From positions 2,439-66,438 of IMG/VR virus record IMGVR_UViG_3300031555_002748: a stretch of 64,000 nt of DNA, one strand, 5' to 3'. Made by a program: the position numbers and the translations under genes. The stretch is from a virus (Duplodnaviria; Caudoviricetes). Under the pieces are notes generated by a model. The model did not search any database, was not told where the DNA came from, and saw only the letters and a program-made list of their open reading frames with translations. Shown in pieces: positions 57,304 through 64,000 of the stretch; the first letter of the stretch is position 1; every line of letters starts with the position of its first letter.

Positions 57304-57999
57304 ATGGCAAAACTTACAAAACAAAACATTGAGCAATTAGCAAACGAGGTAATGGATTGGTTAATCCGTAACGAACTTAGCATGGATGTGTGTATTTATT
57401 ACAACAACCAAAAAATGCAACACAAATATCATTTCGATAAAGATTACAACATGATTGATGATGGTATTACTGTTGAGAAAGATGTAGATCCACATCAAAT
57501 AACTCAATGGGCAGCACACGACCACATCCTTACAATGACATTTGAGGGTGGTTTGTACAGCTTGTTAAACTACAATGGTGGCAAGTTAGAAATCGAGTTT
57601 GAAAACCTATTCAACAAATATGGACTTTATTATGAGTTTGGCGAAGCTTGGAATCTTACTTGTTATCCTATTTACAACGAACTTGAAGTTGAGTATACAG
57701 TATATGAAAAACCACAACCAACAATTTACTTGTACAGATATGACACAAGCAACAATCCACCAGAATTACAAAAAATAATGGATATTTGGTACGAATTATC
57801 ATCAAAAGTTGGCGATGAAGGTAGTTGTGTGCTAGGTGCTGGGTTTAAGTTTAAGTGGCAAGACAAGAAATATTTTATGTGTGCTTGTAGCCCATATCAA
57901 GGCTCAATATCTTGGGAAAAACATAAGGATACAATTGAAGTATTACTTAAAGACATTGGTGCAGAAAATATTCAATATGATTGGGGGCGTATGGATTGA
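57304..57999 (+). CDS. Hypothetical protein
   Basis: 231 aa with GGAGG RBS. Confidence 0.7.
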   Translation: MAKLTKQNIEQLANEVMDWLIRNELSMDVCIYYNNQKMQHKYHFDKDYNMIDDGITVEKDVDPHQITQWAAHDHILTMTFEGGLYSLLNYNGGKLEIEFENLFNKYGLYYEFGEAWNLTCYPIYNELEVEYTVYEKPQPTIYLYRYDTSNNPPELQKIMDIWYELSSKVGDEGSCVLGAGFKFKWQDKKYFMCACSPYQGSISWEKHKDTIEVLLKDIGAENIQYDWGRMD

Positions 58000-58112
58000 G
58001 AATTTACTACAAAAAGCAATATATAAAAGTAAATTTCGAACAAGCAATGGTTATCTTAAAAACAAACATTGCGTTAACAATACAAACTAATTAAAATAAA
58101 AGGAGATAATTT

Positions 58113-58664
58113 ATGGATTTATTTGCGTACACACAAATTGAAGTTTTAGAAGAAATTCTAAAAAGACAAAAAATTGATGTGCCAAGACTACGTGGACTTC
58201 GACTTATGAAAGATGAAGAGGTTGTAAGTGAAGAAAAAATTGAGGAAATGATTCACGACGAAATTTTGGACACAGTGACAAAAATTGTGGAGCAAGGAAC
58301 TTTAAACAGTTGGTCATCTTGGCTCGAGGATACACGTAATGATATTTTAATCCGCAAAGATGTGGTTCACGAATGGGGAACAAAAAGAGAAGTTGTCGGG
58401 TATCGTTGGGATAAAATTCACGGCAAGAAAAGAAAGTGGATTAAACTTGAGATTAAGCAAATCAAGAAGAGAGTGCGTAAGCAGTATGAAATGTGGAACA
58501 AACATGTTGGGCAAGATGTATTGTATGTACATTCTCGTTGCGGTGGTGATAACTGGAGTTATTTTGGTGCAGATAAATTGCTTGCACACCCCGATTTTCT
58601 TGATAGGTGTGACGATTATTGGGATGGCACTTATTGTGATATATATTTTAAAATTAAAAATTAA
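58113..58664 (+). CDS. Hypothetical protein
   Basis: 183 aa; MDLFAY..I...VPRLRGLRLM...DDYWDGTYCDIY. Confidence 0.7.
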   Translation: MDLFAYTQIEVLEEILKRQKIDVPRLRGLRLMKDEEVVSEEKIEEMIHDEILDTVTKIVEQGTLNSWSSWLEDTRNDILIRKDVVHEWGTKREVVGYRWDKIHGKKRKWIKLEIKQIKKRVRKQYEMWNKHVGQDVLYVHSRCGGDNWSYFGADKLLAHPDFLDRCDDYWDGTYCDIYFKIKN

Positions 58665-58677
58665 AGGAGATAAAATT

Positions 58678-59460
58678 ATGACTTTTAGAGAACAGTTAAG
58701 TAAAGTAAACGAACTAGGTATTAATATTTGCGACCTTGAGGTTGCGAACGAATGTGATTGTGTGTTTAATTTTGAATACACCGAACAAGAATTTGAGCAA
58801 CTTTGTGATTTTGCAAGACATTGCTACTTAAAAGACCAAAGTGGTAATATTACGCCAAATCACATTGCACAAGCAATTAATGAATTAATCACAGAAGATG
58901 GCAAAACAATTCAAGAAGTACTTGATATAAACAGATGGGATATGCTTGATAAAGCAAGTAATTGGTTGTAAGTAAAATATGGTTGTGCTACCGACCGTAA
59001 ACGGGCAAATAAATTAAAGTGAGGTAACGTTATGAAAATTTATAGAACTTGCAATCCAACAAAATTTATTGGAGGAATTGAAACACAGTTTGCTCACAAG
59101 TTAATTATGACTTGTGGTGGTGGTATGGGTGGCTCTCGTTGGGAGGAATATATTACAGACCTTGATCCACATGATTTTACCACAGAACACCCAATTGAAT
59201 GCACAAATTATCTTGGCGAAACGGTATTTATTAATCCTAAATATGTTGCAAAAATGACCGAGGTAAAGGTGGTTAAAGTACAAGAAGATATTACGGCATG
59301 GAAAAATTATCATTCTGGCGATGACGGTAGACAATATATTACAACTCGTTATTTGGAGTGTAAAGTAGATGAATCGTGTTCTCTTGTAGATGAATATAAG
59401 TATGAGTCAGATAAGGGCTGTGTGATTTCAACAAAAACTATTTCAAGAAAAAAATATTAA
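58678..59460 (+). other. Two hypothetical genes
   Basis: 58678-58971 (start MTFR) and 59032-59460. Confidence 0.6.
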
Positions 59461-59477
59461 TTAGGAGGATGTAATAT

Positions 59478-59741
59478 ATGAATAGTGAATTTCAAAAATA
59501 TCTTGATAAGGCATTTAGCGAATTAGATGTAACGGTAACTAAAAAAGGTGTGTTTAAAGTAACGATTGAAGAAATGGTATCTGAAACATTTGAAGTCGAA
59601 GCTACCAATATTGAAGAAGCAATGCAAATTGCCGAAGAAAAATATAATAATGGCGAGTTCGTGCTTGAACCCGGCAACTTAACTTGTAAGCAAATGATGG
59701 CAGAGGGCGACAACGAAACTACTGAATGGGTTGAATTTTAA
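59478..59741 (+). CDS. DpnD/PcfM-family protein
   Basis: FKVTIEEMVSETFEVEATNIEEAMQIAEEKYNNGEFVL. Confidence 0.7.
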   Translation: MNSEFQKYLDKAFSELDVTVTKKGVFKVTIEEMVSETFEVEATNIEEAMQIAEEKYNNGEFVLEPGNLTCKQMMAEGDNETTEWVEF

Positions 59742-59752
59742 GGAGGTTATAT

Positions 59753-62700
59753 ATGGGAATGGATTATAATTATGCGGGAAGTGCAAGTTATCCGAGATTT
59801 GATGAGGAAATTTGTAAAGTTGCAGAAGTGTTTGGTGGTATTAAAACGGAATACCTTAAACAGAGAAAAGAAACTGAAAATGAAAGACCATTTGGATATT
59901 GGTTTGGGTTTTTAAGTTCGGACAATTCTGATGAAACTAAGTTTATCTTTCCAGAAGATACAAATGCAACTCTTGTTAAATGGTTTAATAATCTCTATGA
60001 AGATTTATCGCAGCAAGAAACAGAAGTTGTTGCAGAACTTATTTTTCAACACCCGGAAATTAAAGAAATATCAGAACAGCTTTGGTACGAATTTGAATGT
60101 TTAATTCAATGTGGAGACAACTGGAGTATTTGTTAAATTTTAAGGAGGTATAAACATGAGAAATCGTAAAGAGATTTTAGAATATCTTAATATTCCCGAA
60201 TATTCGGATGACGTTATAGATGTTAATAAAGTTGTAGAAACTGCTCAACGCATTGAGCAAGAATACGAAGAAGAATTGAGCGAAGATAGTGTTGGATATG
60301 GTTTGCTTTGTGATTTTGAAAGCAAACCTTTTGTTCTTGAAGATTGTGAGATTGAAAAAATTATAGAAATAAATGGTATTGTAGTTTATAAAAAATTGGA
60401 GGATAAATAAATGAAAACAAGTGCAGGAGAAATTACAACAAGATTTTATGATGATGATATAGCAAAAGGCGTTGAGATTTTGCTCAACGGAGAAGTTGTG
60501 GCAATGGTTGATGTGTATGAGCCAATAGGCGACGAAACTGAAGGCGAAGCAAGAGTGCTTGTATATTGCAATGGCGATGACGAGCCGACCGAATGTATTA
60601 CAATAAATAGATAACTTAAGGAGGTATAAATTATGAGTAGAATTGATAACATTGTAAACTTTGCACAAAAGAGAGAAGAAGATAAGGTGGCAAAAGAATT
60701 AGCCGCACAACAACGCATTGAAAATTACAAGAAACAAATTATTGCGTTAAAACCAAGAATTGATGAGATTATTGAAGTTGGAAATGCTTGTCGAGAAAAC
60801 AACATCCCTATAGCATGTAAATGTGGTTGTCACCAAGGATACGATACGCATTATTTCTATACAAATGGTTGGTCGCATTTATTAGGTTTTGTCGATGAGT
60901 GTAAAAATGGAAGAAGAATACCAATTACTAGATTAGGAATCCAAGGCGGTGGTTGTTGTCATTATGACTTGGAAACCGACGGTATAACGGTTGATGTTTC
61001 TGGTAGGGACACCGAATATGTTTTAAAAAGATTTGTCAACGAATTTGATGAATTTGAAACCGAATTCTACAAATATGTTGACGGTGTAACCCAAGGTAAA
61101 TAAAGGAGGATATATCAATGGAAAACAAAATTAAAGTAACAGTAGAATATGAAAAACCTGAAATGAGCAAGATTGATGCTTTATTAAAAGAATATGAAGC
61201 TGCCGCCAATGTGGCTTCTGAAACCAAACGAGAACTTACACCTGTAATTAAAGAAGTTGGACTTGCAAAATACGCAGCAATTATGAAACAACTTGAACCT
61301 ATAATGGACGGTATGAAAAAACTATCGCATTTAAATGACATACTTAATGGTCGTGATTCTGGTGTTCGCCTTGTTGTTTATTATGAACATCCGGGTGTAG
61401 GTGCAAGAAAGTTTATAATTGATTATGGTAGAGGTAATAATTGTGAAAAATTTGATATTAAATATTGTGTTAGCCTTGAATCGTATAGTGACAAAGGAGA
61501 AAACTTTAAAGATACTTCTTCTGATGAATACAATCTTATGTTTGGAGAAAACAGAGGAATTGTTACTCATTGGAATAAAATTGGCATAATCGATAAATTA
61601 AACAAAGAACTTGAAAAAAGAATTAAAGATAATATAGATAGTGCTTTTCGTATTAAAAAAGCAACCGAAAACAAATTAAACAATTTAATAAATGATTAAG
61701 GAGGTATACACCATGGAAAAACGCACAGCAATAAACAAAGAACTCAAAGTAAAATATGACAAATTCAGAGACGAATGTGGTCACATTGGTTACTTTAATA
61801 TGATAGTTTCGTATCTATTGCAAAAAGGATACGAAAATGTGTTAGAAATAACCGACAAACATATCGCAAATATGAAAAAGCGACTTGAAAAAGAAGATGA
61901 AGAACTTCGTGCCCAACACAAAATGAGTTTAATGACACCTGAATTTCAAGTATGGCTCGTAGAAATGTCAGTTAAGCTTGCCAAAATAGGTAAGCTTTTT
62001 GACTTGCTTAAATATATTCAAAATGAAATGTGGATTAATTAGGAGGCGTAATAATGAAACAACAAAACAAATATGAAATATTATTTCAAGAATGGTTAGA
62101 TTTAACTGAGTTCAGTCTTGTTAAGCACACAAACCCAGAACACATTGTAGAGTATGAAACTACTAATGGAGAACCTGATTGTGCAATTGAGTATTATGGT
62201 GTTTGGAGTATATATGATAGACAAGGTGCAAATCTCGGTAACATTAACGAAAATAGGTTTGATAACGCTGGACAAATCATTGATAGAATGGATATTTACA
62301 TCAATGATTACATTTATAGGGATTTAGAAGAAGAACTTGATGCTTACGAAGTAGATTTAGAAGATAATGAGCTACCTTGGAGTGCAGACAAGTGGTTGGC
62401 GTTAGCGAACAATAAAGAGTTTTACAAAAAGAACAAGGATTACTTTGATAACCACCAATGGGAATTTAATATGTTAGATATGATTGCAAACCATTGCGAC
62501 GAAATCAATCTTGAAAATATTTATTACGAGGAGGAAGAATAAATGAAAGTTAAAGATTTACAAGCGATTTTAGCAACAATGAACCCAGATACTGAATTAA
62601 GATTGTACTGTGGTGGCGAAACATTTTATGAAGATTATCCACTTGATGGTGTCGAACACCACGAAGATGATGGTTTTATTTGCTTCAACTTAACTGATGA

Positions 62701-63165
62701 GGGTAAATATGGCATAGCGTTGGAAGTTGAATTAGAAGATTTTGAAAACGCTATTGACTGTCTTGACGGCAATTTCTTAGCCGTTGATTATGTGGAGCGT
62801 GAGAGACTTAGACTTAAAGTAGAAGATGCTCTCGCAAACAATGACACTTACAACGCAATATACAACGAAACCTTGCAAGAGGTAGTTAGACAAGAATGTC
62901 CAAAGATTTTTAAGGAGGAAGAGTAATGAAAAGAAAGTACGTTTATTATTTCAACGCAGAAGAGGTTAGTAAAAAGGAATTTACACACAAATTACAAATG
63001 GATTGTCAAAAGGTGGTTAGTACTGATTACTCTTGTGGTTTTGGTGTAGACCTTATGCAATTCGACAAGAAGAAATTTAACGAAAACATGAGAGCTATTG
63101 AAGATGGTAGCCATGTAGTGTTTTTAGATAGTAGAAACAAGTATTATAGAAGGGAGGTAAGATAA
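59753..63165 (+). other. Run of nine hypothetical genes
   Basis: Starts at 59753, 60156, 60411, 60633, 61118, 61713, 62054, 62543 and 62926, head-to-tail with GGAGG RBSs. Confidence 0.65.
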
Positions 63166-63166
63166 T

Positions 63167-63727
63167 ATGCCAAATCATATTACAACAGTTGTAGAATTTA
63201 CAGGAAAACAAGAAAACATTGACAAGATTTTTGAACTTATTAGAGGTGAAAATGGGGCAATTGACTTTGATAAATTAATTCCTATGCCAGATAATGTTTA
63301 TCAAGGCAATGTTGGTCAAAAAGAACGAGAACTTTACGGTGAAAATAATTGGTACGATTGGAGTATAAAACACTGGGGAACTAAATGGAATGCTTACAGT
63401 ATATCTGTGGACGACAACACATTAAGCTTTGATACGGCTTGGGATTTTCCAGCACCAGTTATGAACGCACTTGCTGAATTATGTTATGAACACAAGGTAG
63501 ATTTTACTGGCGAATGGGCAGATGAAGATACGGCATATAACACTGGTTATTTTGAAAGTGATTGCCAAGAGGACGAATATTATTTTGCATATAATCATTA
63601 TGAGAATGCAAGCAACGAGGCGTTTGAAGCTTATATTAGATGTAAAGGAGAGAGTGATTGTATAGGCAAAGATAAAAATGGCAATTGGGTACATTATGAT
63701 TGTGATAATTGCCCAAACAAGTGTTAA
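63167..63727 (+). CDS. DUF1281/YubB ferredoxin-like domain protein
   Basis: MPNH...DFDKLIPMP...WYDWSIKHWGTKWNA...FDTAW..P motif. Confidence 0.75.
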   Translation: MPNHITTVVEFTGKQENIDKIFELIRGENGAIDFDKLIPMPDNVYQGNVGQKERELYGENNWYDWSIKHWGTKWNAYSISVDDNTLSFDTAWDFPAPVMNALAELCYEHKVDFTGEWADEDTAYNTGYFESDCQEDEYYFAYNHYENASNEAFEAYIRCKGESDCIGKDKNGNWVHYDCDNCPNKC

Positions 63728-64000
63728 CACGACAAAATAATTATGGAGGAATGATATATGAAAAAAATTAAAGCAAAAATAGGAACACCTGTGGCAGTTT
63801 TACTTTTAGATATACTTGAAACGTTAAAACATAATGATTACGAGGTGTTGCGTGAAAATGGGTTTGATACTGAATACAAAGATGGGATATTAGAGCCTTG
63901 TATTGAAGGTTTGATAGATGATTTTTGTAAACCTATAATCGAATATGACAGAGATGTAGAAATTAATTTGGAGGATAAAAAAATGAAACATGTGAGTAAA

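Noticed and set aside
1-64000. Stop-codon reassignment or suppressor tRNA
   Set aside because: Genes are full-length under code 11, TAG and TGA terminate genes at sensible junctions, and no suppressor anticodon is present.
1-64000. Prophage boundary, integrase or host genes
   Set aside because: None are recognisable in the window, so lifestyle cannot be determined here.

Overview
A 64-kb segment of a large, AT-rich tailed-phage genome. It uses the standard genetic code, GGAGG RBSs and sigmaA-type promoters, so the host is inferred to be a Firmicute. The gene order resembles Bacillus phage SPbeta. The left arm (1-41.3 kb, all minus strand) carries a DUF6291/HTH gene, a DNA methyltransferase, small hypotheticals, a Thg1-like enzyme, metallophosphoesterases, a YonO-like single-subunit RNA polymerase, ClpP, PhoH, YonK, six tRNAs, HU, terminase, portal, protease/scaffold, capsid, neck, tail tube and a run of fibre/adhesin genes ending in a BspA-type LRR protein. 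A 1.7-kb non-coding divergence zone (41.3-43.0 kb) has iteron-like repeats, an AT-only tract and strong G/T skew, making it an origin and/or genome-end candidate. The right arm (43-64 kb, plus strand) is a dense array of about 60 small, mostly acidic hypothetical genes. The most striking non-coding signal is near the start of the right arm: an intact type III hammerhead ribozyme (44023-44072) directly followed by a ~650-nt, highly helical, ORF-free RNA with three repeated AGCA-loop hairpins (ROOL/GOLLD-like or new). Several more unexplained structured RNAs sit between the tRNAs. All protein calls come from motifs and synteny read by eye; no database searches were run.
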